From: Pseudomonadota bacterium
Lineage (GTDB): Bacteria > Pseudomonadota > Alphaproteobacteria > Sphingomonadales > SMXR01
Length of the DNA stretch: 61,764 nt
Direction: 5' to 3'
Assembly: GCA_022566215.1 (NCBI GenBank)
Contig: JADFJJ010000005.1
Location: 1 to 61,764 of the forward strand
The translations under genes and the position numbers were made by a program. Each line of letters begins with the position of its first letter. Position 1 is the first letter of the stretch. Of the stretch, positions 8,977 through 19,027 are shown in pieces. The notes under the pieces were generated by a model that was given only the letters and a program-made list of their open reading frames with translations, ran no database searches and was not told the origin of the DNA.

Positions 8977-9333
8977 TTATTTTCTGTCGCGCGACGAGGA
9001 GTGGGTGTGGACCACCTTCCAGGCGCCGTCGAGATAGCGGAACAGGAAGGTCTGGTAACCGGTCTTGTCGAATTCAAACCCGGACGAGCGCACCTTGCCC
9101 TTGACCTCGGTATCGGCGATCGCCCAGGCGAAATCCCCTTCGAAATAGATCACGATATTGTCAAAGTCGAGGCTGAGGTACTCGAGCGCATCCTTTTCCG
9201 GCTCGACATGATGGCCCACCAGGTCATCGAGGCCGACATTCTGGCCGCCGGATTCGATATAGCGGGCGCCGTCAAAATCAAGGAAATGCTTTCGGAACGG
9301 CGCGCCGTCACCGTTTTCCCAGCCATGTTTCAC
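8977..9333 (-). CDS. SnoaL-like / DUF4440 (NTF2-fold) protein, possibly frameshifted at its 5' end
   Basis: 118-aa ORF with a GTG start. An ATG at 9434 plus a signal-peptide-like segment lies upstream in another frame, joined through an A6/T6 run at 9394-9399. Confidence 0.6.
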   Translation of the reverse strand: MKHGWENGDGAPFRKHFLDFDGARYIESGGQNVGLDDLVGHHVEPEKDALEYLSLDFDNIVIYFEGDFAWAIADTEVKGKVRSSGFEFDKTGYQTFLFRYLDGAWKVVHTHSSSRDRK

Positions 9334-9654
9334 GTCCGCGATAATGTTCAGGATCGCCTCTTTATCTTCCGGCGCGCTAAACCCGGTCAGCAGAAAAAAG
9401 CAGCAAGTGTGATTACGATTTTACGAAATGGCATATCCGGCCCCTTGTTGGTTTTTGATCTACCCCAACTGTGGTAAATTTAACGCGCTTTGTCACGCAG
9501 TTTGTGATGGGGCTTCCAAAAAACTTCCCTTTTATCTCCAGCGCCGGCTGATCCAATAAAGGGTTAATTCTGTTGCAAAGAATACTTGAAACCGGCTGGC
9601 TTCATCTTCCTGTAAATGCTAGAAAACTCCAGGCGATTAACCGGGAGGAAGACC

Positions 9655-11340
9655 ATGATTAATCTGAAGGCGCTTTTAAAAATTATATTCGTTTTTTCAT
9701 TGGCGGCGGCAATCAGCGCCTGTTCGGAGCAAACGCCTTCTGATGAAACCGGGGTTCACGAAGATGCCTATGACATAGCCGCCGGCCGGGCCAAAATCGC
9801 CCGCATCGGGATGAATGTCGATACCTCGTTTCTCACCGGTGAGGAGCGCCAGGTGATCAACCTGCTCAATCGGGTTGGCGATCTGATGTCGGAAATTTAC
9901 CTGCGCCAGGTGTATGAAGGCAACCCGGCAATCCGCGCCGAGATCGCCGCCAGCGATCTTGAAAACAAGGATCTGGTCCTTGATATGTTCGATTTGCACT
10001 TCGGGCCGTGGGATACGCTCGCAGAGAATTATCCCTTTTACGGCGATACTCCCCATCCTATCGGGGCCGGGTTTTACCCCGCCGATATGACCAGGGAGGA
10101 ATTCGAGGCCTGGATCGCTGAACACCCGGAGGACAGCGAAGCGTTCCGCAGCCTTTATACCGTGATCCGCCGCGAGGGCGGCACCCTGATTGCCCTTCCT
10201 TATTCCGAATATTATGCCGAGTGGCTGGAGCCAGCGGCGGATTTGATGCGGGAAGCCGCCCGGATCACCTCGAACGACTCTTTGAAGAAATTCCTCAACC
10301 TTCGCGCCGATGCGTTCTTTAGCGATGATTATTACCAATCCGAGATCGCCTGGATGGACCTGGAAGGCACCCCGATCGAAGTGGTGATCGGCCCTTACGA
10401 GGTCTACACCGACGGGCTTTTCGGTTACAAGGCGGCGTTTGAGGCCTTTATCACCATCCGCGACCCGCAGGAAAGCGCCGCGGTTGAGCGTTACATCAAG
10501 TACCTGCGCGATATGGAGGCCAACCTGCCGGTCGAGGAGCGTTACAAAAACTTCAAGCGCGGGTTTGAAAGCCCGATGGCCGTGGTCTACCAGCTTCACG
10601 GCGGCGGCGACAATGTTCCGGGGGTCCAGACAATCGCCTTTAATCTTCCCAATGACGAGCGGGTGCGCGAGGCCAAGGGGGCCAAGAAAGTTCTTTTGAA
10701 CAATGTGCTGAACGCCAAGTTCGAGCTAATCCTGGCGCCCATGGCCGAGCGGATACTGGCCCCTGAACAGGCCCACCTGCTGATCAGGAAATACATGGCG
10801 ATGAACACCCTGTTCCATGAACTGTCACACTCGCTGGGTCCCGGGACAATAACCGTAAACGGGGTTGAGACCACCGTAAATGCCGAGCTGAAGGAGCTTT
10901 ATTCCGCCATTGAAGAAGGCAAGGCCGATGTCATGGGGATCTATAATATCCTTTATATGATGGAAATTGGTGAGCTTCCCGTGGAAGAAAAAGAAAACCT
11001 GCTGGCGACCTATTTTACCGGCCTGTTCCGCTCCATGCGCTTTGGCATCAATGAGGCCCACGGCCGGGGCGCGGCGTTCCAGTATTCCTATTTCAAGGAA
11101 AAGGGCGCGTTCAGCGTCGATCAGGAAACTGGCCTCTATACGGTCGACTTTGCCGCCCTGGAGCAGGCGATCGCCGACCTGACCCGCGACATTGTCATCC
11201 TGGAAGCACACGGCAATTATAACGCCGCAAAAGCGTTTCTGGAAAAATATGCAAAAACCGATGAGGCCTTCAGCGCCGCCGTTAAACGGCTCGATGATAT
11301 CCCGGTCGACATCCAGCCCACCTACCCGGATGAAATTTAG
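9655..11340 (+). CDS. zinc metallopeptidase, dipeptidyl-peptidase III (M49)-like lipoprotein
   Basis: Start at ATG 9655 (GGGAGGAAGACC upstream). Lipobox AAAISAC. HELSHSLGP and EEGKADV motifs resemble the M49 HExxxH / EExxAE pair. Confidence 0.75.
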   Translation: MINLKALLKIIFVFSLAAAISACSEQTPSDETGVHEDAYDIAAGRAKIARIGMNVDTSFLTGEERQVINLLNRVGDLMSEIYLRQVYEGNPAIRAEIAASDLENKDLVLDMFDLHFGPWDTLAENYPFYGDTPHPIGAGFYPADMTREEFEAWIAEHPEDSEAFRSLYTVIRREGGTLIALPYSEYYAEWLEPAADLMREAARITSNDSLKKFLNLRADAFFSDDYYQSEIAWMDLEGTPIEVVIGPYEVYTDGLFGYKAAFEAFITIRDPQESAAVERYIKYLRDMEANLPVEERYKNFKRGFESPMAVVYQLHGGGDNVPGVQTIAFNLPNDERVREAKGAKKVLLNNVLNAKFELILAPMAERILAPEQAHLLIRKYMAMNTLFHELSHSLGPGTITVNGVETTVNAELKELYSAIEEGKADVMGIYNILYMMEIGELPVEEKENLLATYFTGLFRSMRFGINEAHGRGAAFQYSYFKEKGAFSVDQETGLYTVDFAALEQAIADLTRDIVILEAHGNYNAAKAFLEKYAKTDEAFSAAVKRLDDIPVDIQPTYPDEI

Positions 11341-11503
11341 TTGGTGACAAGCAAAGGTTTTTCCCATAGAAGCTGTTTTGCCGATGGAGCCTTATGGCCC
11401 CGGCATAACTTTAACTCTAAACTGCGACTGATCTGAATTGGTTTCGCGCGAATAATATTCGACACGTTTTCCACTTCTACACTCGCGCGAAAGGACTAGT
11501 AAA

Positions 11504-11713
11504 ATGGCAAATGGTACCGTTAAATGGTTTAACGCCACCAAAGGCTTTGGCTTTATCGAACCTGAAGATGGCGGCAAGGACGTGTTTGTACACATCTCAG
11601 CCGTACAAAACTCCGGCCTCAACGGCCTCGATGAAGGCCAGAAGGTGTCTTACGATATGGAAGAAGACAACCGCGGCCGCTCTTCAGCAGCCAACATTAA
11701 AGTGGCCGAATAA
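11504..11713 (+). CDS. cspA: cold-shock protein (CspA family)
   Basis: 69 aa; [15 protein letters not shown] (RNP1) and VFVHISAV (RNP2). Confidence 0.96.
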   Translation: MANGTVKWFNATKGFGFIEPEDGGKDVFVHISAVQNSGLNGLDEGQKVSYDMEEDNRGRSSAANIKVAE

Positions 11714-11737
11714 CTGAAGCCACAAAGTTTTCGAGAA

Positions 11738-11767
11738 AGGGCGGTCATTTTGGCCGCCTTTTTTTTA
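11738..11767 (+). terminator. rho-independent terminator after cspA
   Basis: GGCGGTC-ATTTT-GGCCGCC stem (one G-U pair) followed by T8. Confidence 0.7.
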
Positions 11768-11884
11768 TCTGAAAACATCCCGAAATTTTCCAACTCACCT
11801 TTTGCCCCGGTCGCTCCCGTGCTACAAACAGCCTTGACGGGGGAGGGGCTCCGATGGGATATTTTGAATTAATTCTGGACCGGC

Positions 11885-14800
11885 ATGGATAAAATCCTGG
11901 TCGCAAACCGCGGGGAGATTGCCACCCGGGTGTTCCGGGCGGCGACTGAATTGGGTCTCCGTACGGTCGCGGTTTTCAGCTGGGAAGACCGCTATTCGCT
12001 GCACCGCTTCAAGGCCGATGAAAGTTATCTTCTGGACCAGTCCAAGGGTCCGATCGGGGCTTATCTGGATATCAACACGATCATAAAAATTGCCCTCGAG
12101 GCGGACGCGGACGCTATTCACCCGGGATATGGATTTTTATCCGAGAACCCGGATTTTGCCGAAACCTGCCGCAAAAATGGCCTGATTTTCGTCGGCCCGG
12201 ATCCAGAGGTGATGCGAAAATTCGGCAATAAAATTACCGCCCGGGAAATCGCCAAAAAGGCCGGCCTGCCGATCATCCCGGCCTCGCCGCCGCTAAATGA
12301 TCTTGGGCAGGCGCAAAAAGAGGCGAAAAAAATCGGCTATCCGCTGATGCTCAAGGCCAGCTGGGGCGGCGGCGGGCGCGGCATGCGCGCGGTTTTTAAC
12401 GCCAAGGACCTGGCCAGGGAATTTGACAGCGCCCGCTCTGAGGCGGCCTCGGCGTTTGGCCGGGACGAGGTTTACCTGGAAAAGCTGATCACCAACGCCC
12501 GCCATGTCGAGGTTCAGATCCTGGGGGATGCAAAAGGAAACCTGGTTCATTTGTTCGAGCGCGATTGTTCGGTCCAGCGCCGCAACCAGAAAATTATCGA
12601 ACGCGCCCCGGCGCCTTACCTGAACGGCCAGCAGCGGAAAGTTATTTGCGGCCTCGCGCTCGACCTTTGCCGGAAGGTCGGTTACAGCAACGCCGGGACG
12701 GTCGAGTTCCTGCTGGAAGGGGAGACCGGAAACTTTTATTTCATCGAGGTCAATCCGCGCCTGCAGGTGGAGCACACGGTCACCGAGGAAGTAACCGGAA
12801 TTGATATCGTCAAGGCGCAGATCAAAATCGCCGGCGGCCAAACCTTGAAGGAATGCGGTATCCCGGCGCAGGGCAAAATCAAGCTCAACGGCCATGCCAT
12901 ACAGGCCCGCATCACCACCGAAGACCCGAAGAATAACTTCATGCCCAACTACGGGCGTCTCAAGGTATACCGCGGCGCGGAGGGATTTGGCATCCGGCGC
13001 GACGGGGGCAATGCCTATACCGGGGCGATCGTCACGCCGCATTATGATTCGCTGCTGGAAAAAGTCACCAGCTGGGCGCCAACCCCTGAGGAGGCGATCC
13101 GGCGTATCGACCGGGCGCTCCGCGAGACCCGCATCCGCGGCGTCAAGACCAATATTGCGTTTCTCGAAAACCTGATCGCCCACGAGAAATTCCGGACCAT
13201 GGACTATAACACGCGCTTTATTGACGAAACCCCGGAACTGTTCCATTTCAAAAAGCGCCGTGACCGGGCGTCGAGGCTCCTGAATTTTATCGGCAAGATT
13301 ATTGTCGACGGCAACCCCGAGGTCAAGGGGCGGCTGCGCCCGGCGCAGTTCGAGGTCCCGGTCACACCAACCGTAACCGATCTCGGCGGGCCGCCGGCGG
13401 GAAACAAAAACTTGCTCGACAAAGTCGGTCCGAAGAATTTCAGCAAGTGGATGCTGGAACAAACCAGCCCGTTGATTACCGATACCACCTTTCGCGACGC
13501 CCACCAGTCGCTTCTGGCGACCCGGGTCCGCACCCATGACCTTTTGAAAATCGCCCCCGCCTATGCCCATTTGATGCCGGATTTGTTCTCGGTGGAATGC
13601 TGGGGCGGGGCGACCTTTGACGTCGCCATGCGGTTTCTGAAGGAAGACCCGTGGGAGCGCCTGATGGCTTTGCGCACCGCGCTTCCCAACCACATCCTGC
13701 AAATGCTGTTGCGGGGCGCCAACGCGGTTGGCTATTCCAACTATCCGGATAACGTGGTGCGTCATTTTGTCGTCCAGTCGAAAAAAGCCGGGATCGACCT
13801 GTTCCGGATTTTCGATGCCAACAACTGGGTGGAAAACATGAAGGTGGCGATCGAGGCGGTGCTTGAGGAGGGCGGCCTGTGCGAGGCGGCGATCTGTTAT
13901 ACCGGGGATTTGCTTGATCCCAACCGGTCCAAGTTCAACCTGCCCTATTACCTCCGGTTGGCCAGGGAGCTGGCGGCGCTGGATGTCCATATCATTGCGA
14001 TCAAGGACATGGCCGGACTGTGCCGGCCCGAAGCAGCCCGTATCCTGGTCAGGGCGATCAAGGAAGAAACCGGCCTGCCGGTTCATTTTCACACCCATGA
14101 TACCGCCGGCGGAGCGGTCGCCAGCGTGCTGGCGGCGATCGAGGCCGGAGCCGACGCGGTTGACGCGGCGATGGATTCGATGAGCGGACTGACTTCCCAG
14201 CCGAGCCTTGGAGCGATAGTGGCGGCGTTGCAAAATTCCGACAAGGAGATCAATCTGGAACTTAAGAACATCGAAAAAATTTCCCGCTACTGGGAGGCTA
14301 CGCGCCACAACTACGGCGCTTTTGAAAGCAAGATCCGGGCCGGCACGGCCGATGTCTACCAGCACGAAATGCCCGGCGGCCAGTATACCAACTTGCGCGA
14401 ACAGGCCCGCTCGCTTGGTCTTGCCGACCGCTGGCCGGAAGTCTCGAAGGCCTACACCCAGGTTAATGAAATGTTTGGAAATATCGTCAAGGTCACTCCC
14501 ACCTCCAAGGTGGTCGGCGACATGGCGCTGATGATGGTGACCTCCGGCGTGACCAGGGAACAGGTGGCCGACCCGGACCATGACACCGCCTTTCCGGAAT
14601 CGGTGGTGGCGTTTTTCAAGGGGGATCTGGGCCAGCCCCCGGGCGGCTTGCCCGAAGCTTTGCAGCGGAAAGTCCTGGCCGGCCAGACCCCCTATACCGA
14701 GCGGCCGGGCGCGCTGGTCGCCCCCGCCGACCTTGATAAAAAGCGCCAGGAATGCGAGAAAAAAATCGGCCGGGAAATTTCTGAATATGACCTGGCCTCG

Positions 14801-15307
14801 TACCTGATGTACCCGGCGGTGTTTCTGGAGTTCGCCGAACACCGGACCCTTTACGGCGACATCTCCGGGCTGGACACGCCAGTGTTTTTCTACGGCCCTG
14901 AGCCGAACGAGGAAATCAGCGTTGATATCGAACGCGGCAAAACTCTTTTTATCCGCTATCTGGCGCTGGGGGAGCTGAACGAAAAAGGCAAGATCGATGT
15001 CTTCTTCGAGCTGAACGGCCAGGCCCGGGTTGCTGCGATCGAGCCGGAGGCGGCGGGAGAAGACCAGACCCGCGTGGTCGCGGACCTCGATAACCCGAAC
15101 CATATCTGGGCGCCGATGCCGGCGCTGATCGCCGCCGTCAAGGTCAAGAAGGGCCAGAAGGTCGCCGAAGGGGAGGTCCTGATTGTCCTGGAGGCGATGA
15201 AGATCGAAACCCTGGTGCGCGCCCCGAAGGCGGGCAAGATTGCAAAAATTGTCACCCCCAAAGGCGCCACGGTCGAGACCAACGATTTGCTGGTGGTGCT
15301 GGAATAA
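11885..15307 (+). CDS. pyc: pyruvate carboxylase
   Basis: 1140 aa; biotin carboxylase N-terminus (KILVANRGEIA), carboxyltransferase core, C-terminal biotinyl domain with EAMKIE. Confidence 0.96.
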   Translation: MDKILVANRGEIATRVFRAATELGLRTVAVFSWEDRYSLHRFKADESYLLDQSKGPIGAYLDINTIIKIALEADADAIHPGYGFLSENPDFAETCRKNGLIFVGPDPEVMRKFGNKITAREIAKKAGLPIIPASPPLNDLGQAQKEAKKIGYPLMLKASWGGGGRGMRAVFNAKDLAREFDSARSEAASAFGRDEVYLEKLITNARHVEVQILGDAKGNLVHLFERDCSVQRRNQKIIERAPAPYLNGQQRKVICGLALDLCRKVGYSNAGTVEFLLEGETGNFYFIEVNPRLQVEHTVTEEVTGIDIVKAQIKIAGGQTLKECGIPAQGKIKLNGHAIQARITTEDPKNNFMPNYGRLKVYRGAEGFGIRRDGGNAYTGAIVTPHYDSLLEKVTSWAPTPEEAIRRIDRALRETRIRGVKTNIAFLENLIAHEKFRTMDYNTRFIDETPELFHFKKRRDRASRLLNFIGKIIVDGNPEVKGRLRPAQFEVPVTPTVTDLGGPPAGNKNLLDKVGPKNFSKWMLEQTSPLITDTTFRDAHQSLLATRVRTHDLLKIAPAYAHLMPDLFSVECWGGATFDVAMRFLKEDPWERLMALRTALPNHILQMLLRGANAVGYSNYPDNVVRHFVVQSKKAGIDLFRIFDANNWVENMKVAIEAVLEEGGLCEAAICYTGDLLDPNRSKFNLPYYLRLARELAALDVHIIAIKDMAGLCRPEAARILVRAIKEETGLPVHFHTHDTAGGAVASVLAAIEAGADAVDAAMDSMSGLTSQPSLGAIVAALQNSDKEINLELKNIEKISRYWEATRHNYGAFESKIRAGTADVYQHEMPGGQYTNLREQARSLGLADRWPEVSKAYTQVNEMFGNIVKVTPTSKVVGDMALMMVTSGVTREQVADPDHDTAFPESVVAFFKGDLGQPPGGLPEALQRKVLAGQTPYTERPGALVAPADLDKKRQECEKKIGREISEYDLASYLMYPAVFLEFAEHRTLYGDISGLDTPVFFYGPEPNEEISVDIERGKTLFIRYLALGELNEKGKIDVFFELNGQARVAAIEPEAAGEDQTRVVADLDNPNHIWAPMPALIAAVKVKKGQKVAEGEVLIVLEAMKIETLVRAPKAGKIAKIVTPKGATVETNDLLVVLE

Positions 15308-15310
15308 AGA

Positions 15311-16348
15311 CTACTCCCAGTTCAGAATGACCTTGCCGGACTGACCCGAACGCATGGCGTCGAAGCCTTTCTGAAAATCGTCAATATCGAAACGGTGGGT
15401 GATGATTTTCGAAACATCGAGGCCCGATTCCAGCATCGCCACCATCTTGTACCAGGTTTCGTACATCTCGCGCCCGTAAATGGCTTTAATCCGGAGCGCT
15501 TTCATGATCACCGCCGGGATATCCACCTCGACCGGACCTGAGGGCAGGCCCAAAAGCGCAATCTTGCCACCCATGATCAGGTTGTCGATCATTTGCGAGA
15601 GCGCCTCGGGGCTGCCCGACATCTCAAGCCCGACATCAAAACCTTCGGTCATGCCCAGTTTGTTCTGGACATCTTTCAGATCTTCTTTTGAAGCATGCAC
15701 CGGCACCACGTCGGCAACCCTGGACGCCAAATCGAGCCGGTATTGATTAACGTCGGTGATCACTATGTGGCGGGCGCCGACATGGCGGGCGATGGCGGCG
15801 GCCATGATGCCGATCGGCCCGGCGCCAGTGATCAAAACATCTTCGCCGACCAGATCAAAGGAAAGGGTGGCGTGGGTAGCGTTGCCGAGAGGATCCATGA
15901 TCGCCGCGATGTCTCCGGGAATGTCATCAGGCAGCTGGATCACGTTAAAGGCAGGCAAGGCCAGGTATTCGGCAAAAGCGCCGGGCAGGTCGACCCCGAT
16001 GCCCCTGGTGTCGGGCGCCAGGTGAAAGCGCCCGGCCCGGGCATTCCTGGAAAACTGGCCGATCACATGGCCTTCGCCGGTGACGTACTGGCCCACTTTC
16101 AGGTGCGTGGCGTGCTTGCCGACCTCGGCAATCTGACCTGAGTATTCATGGCCGGTGATCATCGGGATGGGAACGGTTTTGGCCGCCCAGTCATCCCAGT
16201 TGTAGATATGAATATCAGTGCCGCAGATCGCGGTCTTTTTGACCCTGATCAGAACCTGGTCGTCGCCGATCTCAGGCACCGGCTGTTCAGACATCCAGAT
16301 GCCCTCCCCGGGCTTCAGCTTCATCAGGCATTTCATCATGTTGGTCAT
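15311..16348 (-). CDS. tdh: L-threonine 3-dehydrogenase
   Basis: 345 aa zinc-ADH; [16 protein letters not shown]; sits downstream of kbl. Confidence 0.95.
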   Translation of the reverse strand: MTNMMKCLMKLKPGEGIWMSEQPVPEIGDDQVLIRVKKTAICGTDIHIYNWDDWAAKTVPIPMITGHEYSGQIAEVGKHATHLKVGQYVTGEGHVIGQFSRNARAGRFHLAPDTRGIGVDLPGAFAEYLALPAFNVIQLPDDIPGDIAAIMDPLGNATHATLSFDLVGEDVLITGAGPIGIMAAAIARHVGARHIVITDVNQYRLDLASRVADVVPVHASKEDLKDVQNKLGMTEGFDVGLEMSGSPEALSQMIDNLIMGGKIALLGLPSGPVEVDIPAVIMKALRIKAIYGREMYETWYKMVAMLESGLDVSKIITHRFDIDDFQKGFDAMRSGQSGKVILNWE

Positions 16349-16349
16349 G

Positions 16350-17555
16350 CTAAGAAATTACCCCTAGTTCCTTGCCGACCTCGCTAAAGGCGGTGATCGC
16401 CTGATCAAGCTGTTCGGTGGTATGGGCCGCGGACATTTGGGCCCTGATGCGCGCCTCGCCCCTAGGCACCACAGGGAAGAAAAAGCCGATCACGTAAATG
16501 CCCCGCTCCAGCAATTTGGCGGCCATATCCTGGGCCACCCTGGCCTCACCCAGCATCACCGGGATGATCGGGTGGTTCCCGGGCACCAGGTCAAAGCCCG
16601 CCTTTTCCATGCCTTTGCGGAAGTAAGCGGCGTTATCCATAAGTTTTTTCCGGAGCGCATCCCCATCTTTGATCAGATCAAGGGCTTTGATGGCGCCGGC
16701 CGCCAGCGCCGGGGGGAGCGAGTTGGAAAAGAGATAGGGACGCGATCTCTGGCGCAGCATATCGACCACTTCCCTTTTGGCGGCGGTGAACCCGCCGGCG
16801 CCGCCGCCCAGCGCTTTGCCGAGGGTCGAGGTCAGGATATCGATCCGCCCCTCGACCCCGCAGTGTTCGGGCGTGCCGCGGCCATGATCGCCGATAAAAC
16901 CCGAGGCATGACTATCATCAACCATCACCAGGGCGCCGTATTTGTCGGCCAGGTCGCAAATCCCCGGCAAATTGGCGATGATCCCGTCCATCGAGAAAAC
17001 CCCATCGGTGACGATCATTTTGAAGCGCGCGCCGGCCCCGCCGGCGGCCTTCAGCTGTTCTTCAAGATCGGCCATGTCGTTGTTGGCATAGCGGAACCGC
17101 CGCGCCTTGCACAGCCGCACCCCGTCGATGATCGAGGCATGATTGAGGGTATCGGAAATGATCGCATCTTCGGGCCCCAAAAGCGGCTCGAAAAGGCCGC
17201 CGTTGGCGTCAAAACAGGCGATGTAGAGGATCGCCGCTTCATAGCCGAAAAAAGAGGCAATCTTTTGCTCCAGGTCACGGTGAAGGGTTTGGGTTCCACA
17301 GATAAAACGCACGCTCGCCATGCCATAGCCGAAATCGTCCATGGCTTTTTGCGCCGCGGCGATTATTTCGGGCGAGGCCGCCAGCCCTAAGTAATTGTTG
17401 GCGCAAAAGTTGATAACCTCCCTGGTCGAGCCGTTTTCAGAAACCTCTATCCCCGAAGACTGCGGAGTGGCGATCAGGCGCTCGCGCTTGTACAGCCCGG
17501 CCGCGTCAATTTCGTCGAGGGTTTTTTTCAGGCGCGCGTAGTAATTCACAGTCAT
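16350..17555 (-). CDS. kbl: glycine C-acetyltransferase (2-amino-3-ketobutyrate CoA ligase)
   Basis: ORF extends to the TTG at 17591; ATG 17555 ([11 protein letters not shown]...) preferred. PLP-lysine region [10 protein letters not shown] and the DDSHA motif. Confidence 0.93.
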   Translation of the reverse strand: MTVNYYARLKKTLDEIDAAGLYKRERLIATPQSSGIEVSENGSTREVINFCANNYLGLAASPEIIAAAQKAMDDFGYGMASVRFICGTQTLHRDLEQKIASFFGYEAAILYIACFDANGGLFEPLLGPEDAIISDTLNHASIIDGVRLCKARRFRYANNDMADLEEQLKAAGGAGARFKMIVTDGVFSMDGIIANLPGICDLADKYGALVMVDDSHASGFIGDHGRGTPEHCGVEGRIDILTSTLGKALGGGAGGFTAAKREVVDMLRQRSRPYLFSNSLPPALAAGAIKALDLIKDGDALRKKLMDNAAYFRKGMEKAGFDLVPGNHPIIPVMLGEARVAQDMAAKLLERGIYVIGFFFPVVPRGEARIRAQMSAAHTTEQLDQAITAFSEVGKELGVIS

Positions 17556-17612
17556 AAACCAGCCTGTCTTTCCCGAGTATTCTGCTTTCAAGAGCTTTTC
17601 AAGGTCGCCAAA

Positions 17613-17990
17613 TTAATTGATATATTCGGCCAAGGTCATGCTGATATTGATATCGCGCCACAGGAAAACCGCCACAACGGCGAGAAGACCGTAACGGCAG
17701 ACCTTTTGCTCTATGTCTTTGGTTTCATTGCCCTGGCGCCAGAACAGGTACCCGGAAAGAGCGGCAACCGGTATGTTCAGCAACCAGTTAAAACGCGTTT
17801 CGGGAAAAAGCTGGAAAAGCAAAAAAACGATCGCCAGACCAAGGGCGATCAGGGTATTGAGTTGAAAGCCTCTAACAAGTGCAATGGTATCCTGAACCGG
17901 ATCATCCTTTTTGGCCAGAGCAGTTTTGGGCACAGCCCTGGGTTTTGCGGCCTTGGCCTTGGCGGGGGTTTTCTTTTTTGGTGCAGCCAT
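17613..17990 (-). CDS. hypothetical membrane protein with Lys/Ala/Pro-rich N-terminus
   Basis: 125 aa; MAAPKKKTPAKAKAAKPRAVPK tail then about 3 hydrophobic helices; ends 21 nt upstream of kbl on the same strand. Confidence 0.55.
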   Translation of the reverse strand: MAAPKKKTPAKAKAAKPRAVPKTALAKKDDPVQDTIALVRGFQLNTLIALGLAIVFLLFQLFPETRFNWLLNIPVAALSGYLFWRQGNETKDIEQKVCRYGLLAVVAVFLWRDINISMTLAEYIN

Positions 17991-18149
17991 GGTGTTTTCC
18001 TTTCAAAAGCGCTCCCTTAGGTCATGTATCTTAAGCACAAGCCAGCCCGCCAATAAAGAATTATCATAATCCTTAAGGGTTTAAATGTCCGGGATACTTA
18101 AATGTTTAAATACCCGGGTTCTTGTTACAACGCATATCTCTCCCCACAT

Positions 18150-18176
18150 GTTACCGTTTAGTAACGTTTATTAATC
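18150..18176. promoter_or_regulatory. operator-like site A: GTTAC-N6-GTAAC followed by GTTTATTAATC
   Basis: 20 of 27 positions identical to site B at 19028-19054 next to the TetR gene, in the same orientation. Confidence 0.45.
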
Positions 18177-18371
18177 CTCCAAATCCTTTTTTCAAATATT
18201 TCTTTATTTTCCGGGATAAATCCATTTCTGCCTGTCGTAATCTCATTTCTGCTTGTGGTAAATTCAATCCCTGTCTTAAATTACCACATCTCGATTCCGG
18301 TAACCATTTCTTAAGGACTTTCCTGTAATTAATAACCTACAGCTTTTGCTCCCACCATGCTGTAACAATAG

Positions 18372-18402
18372 CCACCCGCGCTTGCGCGGGTGGTTTTTAT
18401 TT
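18372..18402 (+). terminator. strong hairpin with a T-tract on the plus strand (orphan terminator)
   Basis: CCACCCGCGC-TT-GCGCGGGTGG perfect 10-bp inverted repeat followed by TTTTTATTT. No annotated plus-strand gene ends here; it lies about 30 nt past the TetR stop on the other strand. Confidence 0.6.
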
Positions 18403-18426
18403 GGCTAATGCAAAAGTCCCCCCGGA

Positions 18427-19026
18427 TCAATGGCTTTGCCGGGTTTCTCCCGGGATTTGCGAACAAAGGCGGACAAAAGCGCGTTCAAAGGCGGCCATAT
18501 CAGTTGGGGTTTTAATTGGAACGCTTAAGCACTCGTTTTGGAAATCGCGAATCATCAGGACATAACTGATGCCGGCCAGAAGGAACGCTTCGGCGGCTCC
18601 GGCATCCCCTTTTGCGCCCGACCGCGGCGCCAGACCCTCAAGCGCCCGGGCTGCGGCCGATCCTAAATCGCCGGATAGGTGCGCGCGGAACAAGGCGCGC
18701 AGGACCGCATCCCCGGCCAAAATCCTGGCAAACATAACCTGGCGGTAGACAATCTCCGAAACCTGGCTCCCTTTTGGCAGCGGCTGGTCTTTTAAAGCCC
18801 TTTCAGCCTCGCCCGCCCGGGCATGGGCAAGGGCATCCAGAACCGCCTCCCGGCGCCCGAAATACCTGTAAACCAGGGGCTTTCCACACCCGGCGCGCTC
18901 GGCGATGGCATTAACGCCAAAACCCCTGAGGCCAGCTTCCACCAACAGACCGCCCGCCGCCGTTAAAATTTTTTGCCTGGTTCGCTGCGAATTCCGAAGA
19001 TCTTTGGCCAAAAAATTTCTCCCCAA
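18427..19026 (-). CDS. TetR/AcrR family transcriptional regulator
   Basis: HTH region RTRQKILTAAGGLLVEAGLRGFGVNAIAERAGCGKPLVYRYF. No ATG near the N-terminus; starts are TTG 19026 or more likely TTG 19011 (GGGGAGA RBS 6 nt upstream). Confidence 0.85.
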   Translation of the reverse strand: MGRNFLAKDLRNSQRTRQKILTAAGGLLVEAGLRGFGVNAIAERAGCGKPLVYRYFGRREAVLDALAHARAGEAERALKDQPLPKGSQVSEIVYRQVMFARILAGDAVLRALFRAHLSGDLGSAAARALEGLAPRSGAKGDAGAAEAFLLAGISYVLMIRDFQNECLSVPIKTPTDMAAFERAFVRLCSQIPGETRQSH

Positions 19027-19027
19027 A

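Noticed and set aside
12293-15103. 936-aa ORF antisense to pyruvate carboxylase. It is the longest of many long antisense ORFs, e.g. 38463-39905, 41292-42701, 43470-44480, 46442-47980, 50197-51168, 16422-17390 and 26970-27890.
   Set aside because: The translations are Arg/Gly/Pro/Ala-rich low-complexity sequence with no recognisable motifs. They mirror the codon bias of the well-supported sense genes (shadow ORFs in GC-biased coding sequence). Every one is fully embedded in a confidently identified gene.
18122-18328. 68-aa ORF (TTG start) in the AT-rich gap downstream of the TetR gene.
   Set aside because: It has no RBS, odd composition (Phe/Asn/Pro/Cys-rich), and is built from the direct repeats. 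It is more likely non-coding; the region is reported as a candidate RNA or regulatory hub instead.
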